Sequence record: MH383160.1
Direction: 5' to 3' (one strand)
Length of the DNA: 64,000 bases
In this document: piece after piece, positions 31,369 to 39,812 of the stretch
How the letters are laid out: every line of letters starts with the position of its first letter
How positions within the stretch are numbered: position 1 is the stretch's first letter
Translations under genes and position numbers: made by a program
Notes under the pieces: model-generated
The model's database searches: none
The model's input: only the letters and a program-made list of their open reading frames with translations
Told to the model about the DNA's origin: nothing

Positions 31369-31758
31369 TCACTTTCCCAACTCTTCTATGATTCTTTTTA
31401 TTGAATCATGGTTTTCCAGACATAAAGTACTGTAATTTCTGCCAGTTTTTTCATTGAGGTCGTCGATTTCAATCATAAGATATCCATATGTAATATCTTG
31501 AACCCTACTTCGTTTTACCCTTGAGTACAGTCTGATGGGTACAGATACACGAGTATTCAAAAAGAATTCTGATAAATCATAACGATATACCAGGTATTCA
31601 TTCTTGTAACGTTTACGACTGTACGATTCTAAACACTGTGGAAAACGTCTATCAAACATACTACTTCTTAGTTGAAGTATGATTGGATCTAACTTATGTG
31701 AGTAATATTTTTTGATTATTTTATCAAATCTTTTTACGTGTCGTTTACGCCATCTCAT
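31369..31758 (-). CDS. hypothetical basic protein
   Basis: ATGA overlap with upstream gene. Confidence 0.65.
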   Translation of the reverse strand: MRWRKRHVKRFDKIIKKYYSHKLDPIILQLRSSMFDRRFPQCLESYSRKRYKNEYLVYRYDLSEFFLNTRVSVPIRLYSRVKRSRVQDITYGYLMIEIDDLNEKTGRNYSTLCLENHDSIKRIIEELGK

Positions 31759-32234
31759 GTTCTAACTCCTTTCAATAATACAATAGGAAAATACTGTGTA
31801 TCTGTATCAGAAATACTATTACAGTACTCAATAATTTCTTGATGGAGTGTGTTTATATAAATGCTAGGATATGGAATTGGTGTTTGTATTAGTCCAGAAC
31901 TATAAACACAATCAGTTCTTTGACAATCAATATAGTGTGTTGTTGGTATACCTTTACCACGTTCCTCAACTACAATTGAGTACGAGTCAGCAATAAAAAT
32001 GAACGCATTGTTAATTGATACATATTGTAGGGAATACACATCATCCTGAACTTCAATCAAAGGACCATCAAAATTCATCAATACCGAACGGCGATATCCT
32101 AACACATCACTCATTGCATCGAACTGTTCTTGTGATGAAAGATAACAAAAACACGTATCACGACATACGTCAATAAAACGCTTAAATGTTTCTGTTTCTA
32201 TAAGCATATAATTTTCCTTAAAAAAAGACCCCAC
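31755..32234 (-). CDS. hypothetical protein
   Basis: 159-aa ORF; start uncertain. Confidence 0.65.
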   Translation of the reverse strand: MGSFFKENYMLIETETFKRFIDVCRDTCFCYLSSQEQFDAMSDVLGYRRSVLMNFDGPLIEVQDDVYSLQYVSINNAFIFIADSYSIVVEERGKGIPTTHYIDCQRTDCVYSSGLIQTPIPYPSIYINTLHQEIIEYCNSISDTDTQYFPIVLLKGVRT

Positions 32235-32253
32235 ATAGTGAGGTCAAATACAT

Positions 32254-32478
32254 TTAATCGTTATCATCATCCAATGCGTCACGGTAAACATAATAAACAT
32301 GTGCACCTAGCAGAGCAATAAGTACAATAAAGATTAACCAGAATGGTACAAAATGCAGTACTAGAGAAAACGCCAGTACTGTAATAACCATTACAACTGA
32401 ACTGAAAATAAGACTTACTGCTTTTTCAAATCCAGATAGTAATTTTTTAAAGATTTTTTTCATAAATGAATCAACCAT
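32254..32478 (-). CDS. membrane protein (two helices)
   Basis: Two hydrophobic segments. Confidence 0.65.
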   Translation of the reverse strand: MVDSFMKKIFKKLLSGFEKAVSLIFSSVVMVITVLAFSLVLHFVPFWLIFIVLIALLGAHVYYVYRDALDDDND

Positions 32479-32821
32479 TTTTAATCCTCAAGAAAGTATG
32501 CTTACATTTTAGTTTATTACCATAGAATGAAATAGGAACATTAAACATTTCAATCTTATCTTCTTTCAACAAACGTAGAATATCAGGATCGTTTTTTGTT
32601 TGAATGCAATGAAGACCATTAACCTGAATTTCTAAACCTTTCTTTAGATATTCATAAATTTTTTGACGACGCATCCCACCATAACTATCATTATGTACCA
32701 CATCACGTAATTCTTTATATTCTTGCTTCAATGCTCGGTCTACAAGTGTTCCATCTTTCTTCCTGATCTCTGCAATACATTTATATTGATTTGAACCTCT
32801 AAGAGCCATGTTGTACCTCAT
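32471..32821 (-). CDS. hypothetical protein
   Basis: 116-aa ORF packed in operon. Confidence 0.65.
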   Translation of the reverse strand: MRYNMALRGSNQYKCIAEIRKKDGTLVDRALKQEYKELRDVVHNDSYGGMRRQKIYEYLKKGLEIQVNGLHCIQTKNDPDILRLLKEDKIEMFNVPISFYGNKLKCKHTFLRIKNG

Positions 32822-33278
32822 TAGGGTATTTTTTCATCAATTCGTGTAAACGCTGAATCTCTTGTTCTTTTTTTCTATCACTCTCGTATTTTCGAGAAAG
32901 TTTCTTTTTTGTATTTGCTTCTTCTAATCTAATATCAGTACAGAATTTGTCATTTTTAAAAAAATTGATACGCAATGCATCGAAAACAGACTTGAAATCG
33001 TTTCCTAATTCTTTAGACGTGTCAGTGTAATTATGAAAATACATGTTATTTGTCATATTTACATGTTCAATAACTGCACCATTATGAGTTACTATAAACA
33101 TTATATCTCCATACTGTTCACGTGGTTCAGTACGATATAGATATATATGTTGACGTAAATAATCTTTTAATTCATGTTCAATGCCACTTTGTTCATAACT
33201 TTGATATACTAAAACCTCACCATCAGTTGAACTGTTGTCAGATTCATATGGTTCGCGGATAATTATAAGATTATACAT
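32799..33278 (-). CDS. hypothetical protein
   Basis: GGAG SD; 159 aa. Confidence 0.7.
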   Translation of the reverse strand: MYNLIIIREPYESDNSSTDGEVLVYQSYEQSGIEHELKDYLRQHIYLYRTEPREQYGDIMFIVTHNGAVIEHVNMTNNMYFHNYTDTSKELGNDFKSVFDALRINFFKNDKFCTDIRLEEANTKKKLSRKYESDRKKEQEIQRLHELMKKYPNEVQHGS

Positions 33279-33286
33279 ATTACTCC

Positions 33287-33568
33287 TTATACCGGAGATA
33301 CGGTACTCAACATTAGTAAAGCTGTATTTTCATCAATTTCATGATAGTTGTCGCATACAAGTGTTTCCAACAAATCAGGATGATAATAATAATGTTCATA
33401 ATCAGTATCATTAGGAATATGATGATATACAAATACAATATCAAAAACATCATCATCATTTTCACACTTGAAACGCTTTAATTCATCGACACTTTCAACA
33501 AAGCCATATTCTTCAAAAGCAGTTGTACCATCTGGTAGTTTCATCCATGCACTTGCAACAATTTTCAT
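33287..33568 (-). CDS. hypothetical protein
   Basis: AAGGA SD; 93 aa. Confidence 0.7.
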   Translation of the reverse strand: MKIVASAWMKLPDGTTAFEEYGFVESVDELKRFKCENDDDVFDIVFVYHHIPNDTDYEHYYYHPDLLETLVCDNYHEIDENTALLMLSTVSPV

Positions 33569-33585
33569 AAATTTGTGAATCCTTA

Positions 33586-34170
33586 TTATTTTGTAATGTT
33601 TAGTTTAGAAACGAAGTATTCTTTGGCTTCTTCATATGTCATTGAAGTATACATAGGATTCCAATTATCGTCAAGATCAGTAAGTACTTTAACTTCCATT
33701 ACATCTTCTGGTGTATAGAATTGCCATGTATTGTGATCTGGCTCATAGTTAGGGTCCAGTACAAAAACCGTACCATCCTGACCATAAACTTCTCCATCCT
33801 CTAATAGCTCACGGAAGAAATCTTCTCCAGTAGTTGGGTCTTCGTATGCATTATAAAAACGAAAAACAACATTCTCAACATCAGTTCGGGTAGTACCATC
33901 GTCTTCATCATATTCCACCAAACGGTCCTGATGAAATACTAGGTCAATAGCACCAATGCGAGGTTTATTATGTGGAGTTTTGATTTCTTGCTGAGAATTA
34001 TAATCAATACGTTCAGTACTGATGAATACTCCACTAGGGGTAATTTCAATACCAGACACATTTTCTGGTGAATAATAAGCGTCACACATGTCATCAATGT
34101 GCATGTGCTCATGATACACTTCCATTTCAGGATTCTGCAACAACAGTGCTGCTAAGTCTTTTGCTTTCAA
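33586..34170 (-). CDS. hypothetical protein, paralog pair B
   Basis: MKAKDLAALLL...ITPSGVF...FYTPEDV...MTYEEA. Confidence 0.75.
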   Translation of the reverse strand: MKAKDLAALLLQNPEMEVYHEHMHIDDMCDAYYSPENVSGIEITPSGVFISTERIDYNSQQEIKTPHNKPRIGAIDLVFHQDRLVEYDEDDGTTRTDVENVVFRFYNAYEDPTTGEDFFRELLEDGEVYGQDGTVFVLDPNYEPDHNTWQFYTPEDVMEVKVLTDLDDNWNPMYTSMTYEEAKEYFVSKLNITK

Positions 34171-34559
34171 TCTTCAATCTCCATAGAATTATCATCATCA
34201 TAATCATCACTGGTGTACTTAGTTTTTACCTCAATACCATTCTCATGTAGGTATGTGATAAAACCATTACCATAAACGAATTGATTATAATATGTATTTT
34301 CTTCTACATGTGCATCATAATCATCTTCATAATATGTGGGTATTGTAACATCATGACCTACACTTTGCAAGTACTGGAACAATTCTTTCAGTACTACTTC
34401 GATATCACCTTCTTCTGTACCATAACAATAAGCAGGTTCACCGTGAGTGAATTTGAAACCTTTACAGGAAACTGTATAAATGTCACTCATTTGTATACCA
34501 CAATCATCACATTCATGTATAGAACAATGCTGGTGGAATTTAATCTTTTTGATTTGCAT
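34167..34559 (-). CDS. hypothetical acidic protein
   Basis: 130 aa; HxC...CxxC near N-terminus. Confidence 0.7.
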   Translation of the reverse strand: MQIKKIKFHQHCSIHECDDCGIQMSDIYTVSCKGFKFTHGEPAYCYGTEEGDIEVVLKELFQYLQSVGHDVTIPTYYEDDYDAHVEENTYYNQFVYGNGFITYLHENGIEVKTKYTSDDYDDDNSMEIED

Positions 34560-34899
34560 TTAGAAAATCCTGTAAAGATGTAGTAGACATTGGACTATCA
34601 GCACCATCATACCACAGTGATGTATATGGCTGAACTGAGCTAATATCAATACAGAATCCTTCACGCTCACATTTTCGAGCGAATTCTTCAGTAGTTAGTT
34701 TGTTACCAAAAGAAATCTCAAATTCATAACTAGACATATCAATATCAGTACTGTAAATCAATGCACCATCATATGTAATATGGAGTTTAGAATCTGCGTC
34801 AAAAAGACGATCTGAAATAGCTTCATAATCATCTTCAGGAACTGCTTCAATAAGACGTGCCATTAGTCCAGATGTTACGCGGTAATCACTCATGTTCAA
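34540..34899 (-). CDS. hypothetical protein
   Basis: GAGG SD; 119 aa. Confidence 0.7.
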   Translation of the reverse strand: MNMSDYRVTSGLMARLIEAVPEDDYEAISDRLFDADSKLHITYDGALIYSTDIDMSSYEFEISFGNKLTTEEFARKCEREGFCIDISSVQPYTSLWYDGADSPMSTTSLQDFLNANQKD

Positions 34900-34905
34900 C
34901 CTCTT

Positions 34906-35523
34906 TTATTTTTCAATTTTATCAATCATAGAAGGTGATACTTTAACATTGAATTCAGAATCAGGAAAATCTTTAGAAAATGATTCATTTTGTTCTTGTG
35001 AAAGTTCTTTTTTCGGTGGAAATAACATTTTGGCTAAATTTTTACCACATTCAATTGCTTCATCATATGACATAGTTTCCCATGTTTCATGCCAAGTATT
35101 AGGATCATATTCTGTCAGTACAGAAATGAAATCAATATCATCGGGTGTATACCAAACAGCATTTTGATTCCCTGATGGTGCTGATTGATTTTTACCTAAT
35201 AAAACAATTGGCTTTTCATAAGGAATGTTAAATATCAACCCAGATTCTAAGTTAAGAACAGTTTGAATAGATGAACCCTCCAATTTTGGAGTAATAGTAC
35301 CATCCTTAAAGAAAATTTGTACATGACCCAAGAGCGGGGTTTCGTATGGTGTAAGTACATTTTCAGAAACTGATGTGGGTTTTACCGTTGTGAAAATGCC
35401 AGATGGGGTGACCATTAATTTATTATCAAAATTCTGATAATGCAAGTCACTCTCTGCATCATAATGATAAATTTCTAGATTTGGTTGAGATAGTAGTAAT
35501 TTTGCTAAATCATGAGATTTCAT
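34906..35523 (-). CDS. hypothetical protein, paralog pair B
   Basis: Start moved to ATG 35523; MKSHDLAKLLL...VTPSGIF...WYTPDDI...MSYDEA. Confidence 0.75.
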   Translation of the reverse strand: MKSHDLAKLLLSQPNLEIYHYDAESDLHYQNFDNKLMVTPSGIFTTVKPTSVSENVLTPYETPLLGHVQIFFKDGTITPKLEGSSIQTVLNLESGLIFNIPYEKPIVLLGKNQSAPSGNQNAVWYTPDDIDFISVLTEYDPNTWHETWETMSYDEAIECGKNLAKMLFPPKKELSQEQNESFSKDFPDSEFNVKVSPSMIDKIEK

Positions 35524-35571
35524 TTTATTTCTCCAAAAGAAAAGGAGAGTCACAATGACTCTCCATATATT

Positions 35572-36012
35572 TTATTGTAAAACTTTAAGTTTGTAAAGTG
35601 TTCCTTCAACAAAACTCATAATATCTTCTAATGTGTTTACACTGCCGTAATCACCTGATTCTTCAAGCATATCATGAATTGCTCTACATTGCTCTACATA
35701 TTCTTCAAGAATTGGTACACAATCTTCAATTGGTGTAAAACGATAACTATTACCAGTTCCAACTTGTAAAGCACCACGATTATTCATGATACCTTCAACA
35801 AATGCGTCTACATATTCTGGTAATTCTTTATATAGTTCATCTAATTGTAAATGCTTTGTATAAAAATGACATTGTAAGTGCCAGTTATGTGCAGCAGAAC
35901 TTAAAAACAAACTATTTTCAATAAAAGTTAATAGTACTTCATCATACGAATTATCTTCTTCAGTACTTCCGATAAAGTCCATTACGTGTCGTAAATCATT
36001 AATATCTTCCAT
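35572..36012 (-). CDS. ferritin-like (Dps-type) four-helix protein
   Basis: AHNWHL...H..LDELY..L.E.VD.FVE pattern; TAAATA at 36042-36047. Confidence 0.7.
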   Translation of the reverse strand: MEDINDLRHVMDFIGSTEEDNSYDEVLLTFIENSLFLSSAAHNWHLQCHFYTKHLQLDELYKELPEYVDAFVEGIMNNRGALQVGTGNSYRFTPIEDCVPILEEYVEQCRAIHDMLEESGDYGSVNTLEDIMSFVEGTLYKLKVLQ

Positions 36013-36044
36013 AATATCTCTCCTTAGAGTTATTCTCTTATTAT

Positions 36045-36473
36045 TTAGTTAATAATAAAGGTAATTTCAGGATTCATTTCAGAAACTGCATTGCGTTTAC
36101 TTCTATCCCATAGTATTCTGTTATTATACAAAGAAGAATCACATACTACAAGTAAGCAATTTCTTAATCTACTTACAGTACTTTGATTATTTAAATCAGT
36201 TTCTGAAATAAAAAATACATTTTCAGGAACTACTAAAGGAATAGATTTATCAAAAAACAAAACTACAATAGGTCTTGTTGTATGAACTGATTTAACGAAA
36301 TCCAAAATACTATTATAAAAATTAGTTTCTTTAGTAATTACTGACGGATCTTTAATTCTTTTCAAATATTGCTGTGGTAATTGTTGTTCGTCTTTTATCT
36401 GAAACTCAAAATATTCTTTGAATAACATTTGTGTTAATTCGGATTTATCGGATATTTTCGTTGTGTTACTCAT
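36045..36473 (-). CDS. hypothetical protein
   Basis: 142-aa ORF. Confidence 0.65.
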   Translation of the reverse strand: MSNTTKISDKSELTQMLFKEYFEFQIKDEQQLPQQYLKRIKDPSVITKETNFYNSILDFVKSVHTTRPIVVLFFDKSIPLVVPENVFFISETDLNNQSTVSRLRNCLLVVCDSSLYNNRILWDRSKRNAVSEMNPEITFIIN

Positions 36474-36612
36474 TCACTTCGTTCTCTCGTAACTCAAGAA
36501 GTCACTGCGTTTACTTCGTAAACTAGTTCCTTCTGAAAATGATAATGTACTTTAAAAACTTGACGGGATTTGTTGAGGACTATTACATCCCCCCGCAGGG
36601 GAATGAAGGTAA

Positions 36613-36640
36613 TAAAAAAGAGACAATTAAGTCTCTCTTG
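36613..36640 (-). terminator. intrinsic terminator closing the non-coding island transcript
   Basis: Minus strand AAGAGAGAC-TTAATT-GTCTCTTTTTT. Confidence 0.7.
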
Positions 36641-37128
36641 ACGATGATGGCATCGGATATTATCGAATTGCGAATTTCTCAAATTTTGGACGGATCTTTC
36701 TTGTACCAAAATTTAGAGAGCGAAAGCGGGTTGCTCGGTTTCTCTCTATCGCAGTCATATGCAACGGTCGCTGGTCTTTTCATCAACAGCACTCAGTACT
36801 AACTCTATTCGATCAAAGTAGTACTTGTTCTCAAATTTTGGACGCAACTTTCTTGTGAAAATTGCGTCCGCTATTCTTGAACTCCCTTAGCAAATCTGGT
36901 AAGGTGCGAACCTTATACATCTATCTAGGAACTCTCTGTATGCTTATCGGAGTTCTTTATACAGCCGTGTCGCCGTGATTCGTGGTCTTACATCGTGTTT
37001 GTTTGAATGCCAGTACTCTAACAGGTTTCTTCTGCTGTTCGCTACAACGGTAAAGCTCATCTATCCTTTACATTTTCAAGAGAAGTAGGTTCTCAGTGTC
37101 CATTTTTCAATGTCCGTTGTCATTTTCT
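36615..37128 (-). ncRNA. candidate ~510-nt structured non-coding RNA (alternatively an origin-like element)
   Basis: Bounded by a promoter and terminator; no convincing ORF; multiple hairpins; internal 29-nt direct repeat. Confidence 0.4.
36676..36856. repeat. 29-nt direct repeat pair (36676-36704 and 36828-36856)
   Basis: TTCTCAAATTTTGGACG(G/C)A(T/A)CTTTCTTGT, 27 of 29 identical. Confidence 0.9.
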
Positions 37129-37134
37129 ATATAC

Positions 37135-37162
37135 ATTATATCATTGGAACATATAATGTCCC
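37135..37162 (-). promoter_or_regulatory. GGGACA-N16-TATAAT promoter
   Basis: Minus strand TGGGACATTATATGTTCCAATGATATAAT. Confidence 0.65.
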
Positions 37163-37163
37163 A

Positions 37164-37562
37164 TTACATGTATACTTTTTTTAAATCCTTAGAACAACGA
37201 TCAAAAATTGTGTTTATGAATTCAACATCTTCGATAATATTCGAATCGTTAGCAACATTTTCATTTCTTGTCGTGTTCCTATATGTGTGTTCAGGATGAT
37301 TGTATACCACCTTGACTACATTATTTAGGTCTATAAAATTTGACGTTTTTTGCGTGTAGGAAGCCTGAAGCTTGATGAGTTTACCATCATTCTCAAGATT
37401 GGTTTTATGAATTAGTTCTTCAATACCAGTTAAATGGCTATAGCTATCTTTTTCTTTTACAAAAGTAATAGTAACAAGAACTGCTTTCTCATCTCGCATA
37501 TCGGAAATGTTTTTTACAGCACTGATAATTTCTAAGTTTGAAAAATCTAATTCTTTAAGCAT
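37164..37562 (-). CDS. hypothetical protein
   Basis: Start moved to ATG 37562, directly after the upstream stop. Confidence 0.65.
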   Translation of the reverse strand: MLKELDFSNLEIISAVKNISDMRDEKAVLVTITFVKEKDSYSHLTGIEELIHKTNLENDGKLIKLQASYTQKTSNFIDLNNVVKVVYNHPEHTYRNTTRNENVANDSNIIEDVEFINTIFDRCSKDLKKVYM

Positions 37563-37563
37563 T

Positions 37564-37920
37564 TTACAAATATTTCCACAAAGTTCGATAAGTGATAATT
37601 TCTTCTCTGGTAACAGAAACTTCATTGCACTTAATACCATCAGTTTCAGTACTGAATGGTTGTACTGGTCTATCTTCTGTTAAACCTCGTTCATAATTAC
37701 AATGATAAAACTTATTTGTGCTCATGTCAAGAAATACGAGATCAAATTCTTCAGTCCACCTTTTGTGTCCTTTGCTTTCATTGCAGATGATTTTATATTT
37801 TACATCTGGTTTAAAAGTTTCAGTACTGTCATCCCATGCACCATAGTCAGTATATTCATCATTTTCATCTAACTCTGCTAGATGCCACATTAATTGTGGT
37901 AAAAAGATTTTAGATTTCAT
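37564..37920 (-). CDS. hypothetical protein
   Basis: GGAG SD; 118 aa. Confidence 0.7.
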   Translation of the reverse strand: MKSKIFLPQLMWHLAELDENDEYTDYGAWDDSTETFKPDVKYKIICNESKGHKRWTEEFDLVFLDMSTNKFYHCNYERGLTEDRPVQPFSTETDGIKCNEVSVTREEIITYRTLWKYL

Positions 37921-37972
37921 TTATTTTCTCCAAAAAAAAGGACTTGAGTATTCAAGTCCCTATAATATCATA

Positions 37973-38584
37973 TCAATCATGTTTATTCAATTTCTTCTGT
38001 TCTTTTTTCAAAGCTTTCATATGACGACCAAACTCTCGAACATGCCATAGATGATCAGTTTCCCATAATTCTTGACGTAACCTACGTTCTTCTAGTAGTT
38101 TCGACTTGTCAATGTTATTTTTCTTTTTTTGTACATTAAAGAAATTATTCATATGTTCTTGGAGAAGATTACGACCTTTAACTTTCTCAAGAAACTCATC
38201 AACTGTTTCAGTTTTATTCGAACGTAGTTGATTACATCTGGAGCACATAGTATTAAAGTTTGACTCTAAATCAGGTCCACCCTTAGATGCCAGATGATTA
38301 TGGTCAACTGTCATTAAAACTTCATAAAGACCACATACAGCATATACATTTAAATGTGGTTTACCATATACTGGATCAGAACATAATGAACGTTCAATGC
38401 GTACTTCAGTAGCTTCAATCCCACATGCCACGCATTTTGGATTCTTAACAAAAGTAAGAACTTTTTGTGGGAAATATCGAAAAGTAATACCATTTAAAGT
38501 GTAGCGTTTCATCTTAGTACTTCGTTGATTTAATTCTTCAAGAAGTGATAATTTTGTCGTATAGTAAACATGATATTTGTTCAT
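37973..38584 (-). CDS. HNH endonuclease
   Basis: CVAC; MTVDH.H.ASKGG.D..SN.NTMCSRCN; start moved to 38584. Confidence 0.8.
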   Translation of the reverse strand: MNKYHVYYTTKLSLLEELNQRSTKMKRYTLNGITFRYFPQKVLTFVKNPKCVACGIEATEVRIERSLCSDPVYGKPHLNVYAVCGLYEVLMTVDHNHLASKGGPDLESNFNTMCSRCNQLRSNKTETVDEFLEKVKGRNLLQEHMNNFFNVQKKKNNIDKSKLLEERRLRQELWETDHLWHVREFGRHMKALKKEQKKLNKHD

Positions 38585-38585
38585 T

Positions 38586-38894
38586 TTATTCCTTGATATT
38601 GATTTTAATATCTTTACCTTGTAAATCACGAATAGTTTTAATCAATGCGTCGTGTTTTAAAGCACATTCATTGTAGACTGCATCCCAACGAGTAAGTACT
38701 TTAAGAATTTCTGCACCATCATAACCTTTAAAACCATTTTTGTCAATCATAATTTTTTGTGGTAGAGGTGTATCATCATCACATCTTTCTAACAGAATTT
38801 CTTGTTTAATTGGTGCGGGGGATTGTAGTTTTACTTGCTCGGCACACCCACTTATAATTAAAAAAGAAATCATTGGAACTAATAATTTTTTCAT
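38586..38894 (-). CDS. o-spanin (Rz1-like lipoprotein)
   Basis: Lipobox IISGC; extra Cys residues; overlaps i-spanin stop. Confidence 0.8.
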   Translation of the reverse strand: MKKLLVPMISFLIISGCAEQVKLQSPAPIKQEILLERCDDDTPLPQKIMIDKNGFKGYDGAEILKVLTRWDAVYNECALKHDALIKTIRDLQGKDIKINIKE

Positions 38895-39265
38895 TTGAAT
38901 TTATTCCTCGCTGCTTGAGAATTTTGTTTTAGTTCATTCAGTACTTTTACACCATCTTCATCTAAACATACATTCTTATAAACTTCACGTTCTACAATAA
39001 AAGGAACCTTTGTTTCAATAACTTTAGCATTATCTTCCATGATTTTTTTAGTTTCAAGGTAATTTTTTGCATTTTCTTGTTGCATTTTATCCAAGGCGGT
39101 ATCAACTTTTTTAGCTATTTGTTGCTCTATGCTTTGTTGATATCCACTGTAATAAGTATTAGCTTCCCAACCAGCATAAGCTGAACCGCCAATTAATAAT
39201 ACAAAAGAAATTGGTTTCCAAAATGGAATAAGAATTTTTGAAACAATTATTTCTAACATACTCAT
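38891..39265 (-). CDS. i-spanin (Rz-like)
   Basis: N-terminal TM, coiled coil, VYKNVCLDEDGVKVLN; TAAATA at 39293-39298. Confidence 0.8.
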   Translation of the reverse strand: MSMLEIIVSKILIPFWKPISFVLLIGGSAYAGWEANTYYSGYQQSIEQQIAKKVDTALDKMQQENAKNYLETKKIMEDNAKVIETKVPFIVEREVYKNVCLDEDGVKVLNELKQNSQAARNKFK

Positions 39266-39318
39266 AATAATATCTCCTATAGTTGATGATATTATTTAGA
39301 GTATACAATTGTATAGTT

Positions 39319-39738
39319 TTACAACATTTTTTGAATATGTTCTACTAGTTCATACAGCTTCGTTTCATTATTCTCGAACTTTTCATCAACTTCAACATTG
39401 AATTTTTCTTCTAGTTCCATGACCATTTCAAGCCAATCAAGCCAATCAAAATTGAATTTTTCTTCGACTTCCAATTTAGTAAGATTGAAGTTCGCTGATA
39501 CCTCATTCTCTGATGTATCACAGTAACGAGTAGTGATGAATTTGACAATTTCTTTTTCAACATCGTTTAATTCACGAGTTTGATATTCGGGCTGAAGATA
39601 CCACCATTCTCCCTTATTAATAGATTCCAATTCTTGTTTGATTTCATGCATTACTTTATAACGGTCAGTACTTTTATCAATAGAATTTACTTCTTGGTTC
39701 AATACATGTAGTGCATTTTTAATACGTTCATTTAACAT
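39319..39738 (-). CDS. acyl carrier protein-like protein lacking the phosphopantetheine serine, with N-terminal extension
   Basis: FDWLDWLEMVMELEEKFNVEV aligns with ACP [21 protein letters not shown]; W at the Ser36 position. Confidence 0.75.
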   Translation of the reverse strand: MLNERIKNALHVLNQEVNSIDKSTDRYKVMHEIKQELESINKGEWWYLQPEYQTRELNDVEKEIVKFITTRYCDTSENEVSANFNLTKLEVEEKFNFDWLDWLEMVMELEEKFNVEVDEKFENNETKLYELVEHIQKML

Positions 39739-39812
39739 TTTATCACCTTATAAAAAAAGAGAACTCCATATGAAGTTCTCTGATTATACATAATTACTTT
39801 TTCTATGTCAAG

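Noticed and set aside
36539-36802. 87-aa plus-strand ORF and 71-aa minus-strand ORF (36494..36709) in the island
   Set aside because: No clear SD, no recognisable motifs, and they run through hairpins and a terminator; the + ORF is also opposite to all neighbours.
36676-36856. CRISPR array
   Set aside because: Only two repeats, a ~120-bp spacer and no cas genes in the window.
36480-37130. tRNA, tmRNA, RNase P RNA or group I intron
   Set aside because: No cloverleaf/T-loop, tRNA-like ends or conserved core motifs were recognised by eye; a covariance search is still advised.
37973-38584. HNH as part of an intron or mobile element
   Set aside because: It is free-standing with no interrupted host gene or intron structure visible; recorded only as a CDS.
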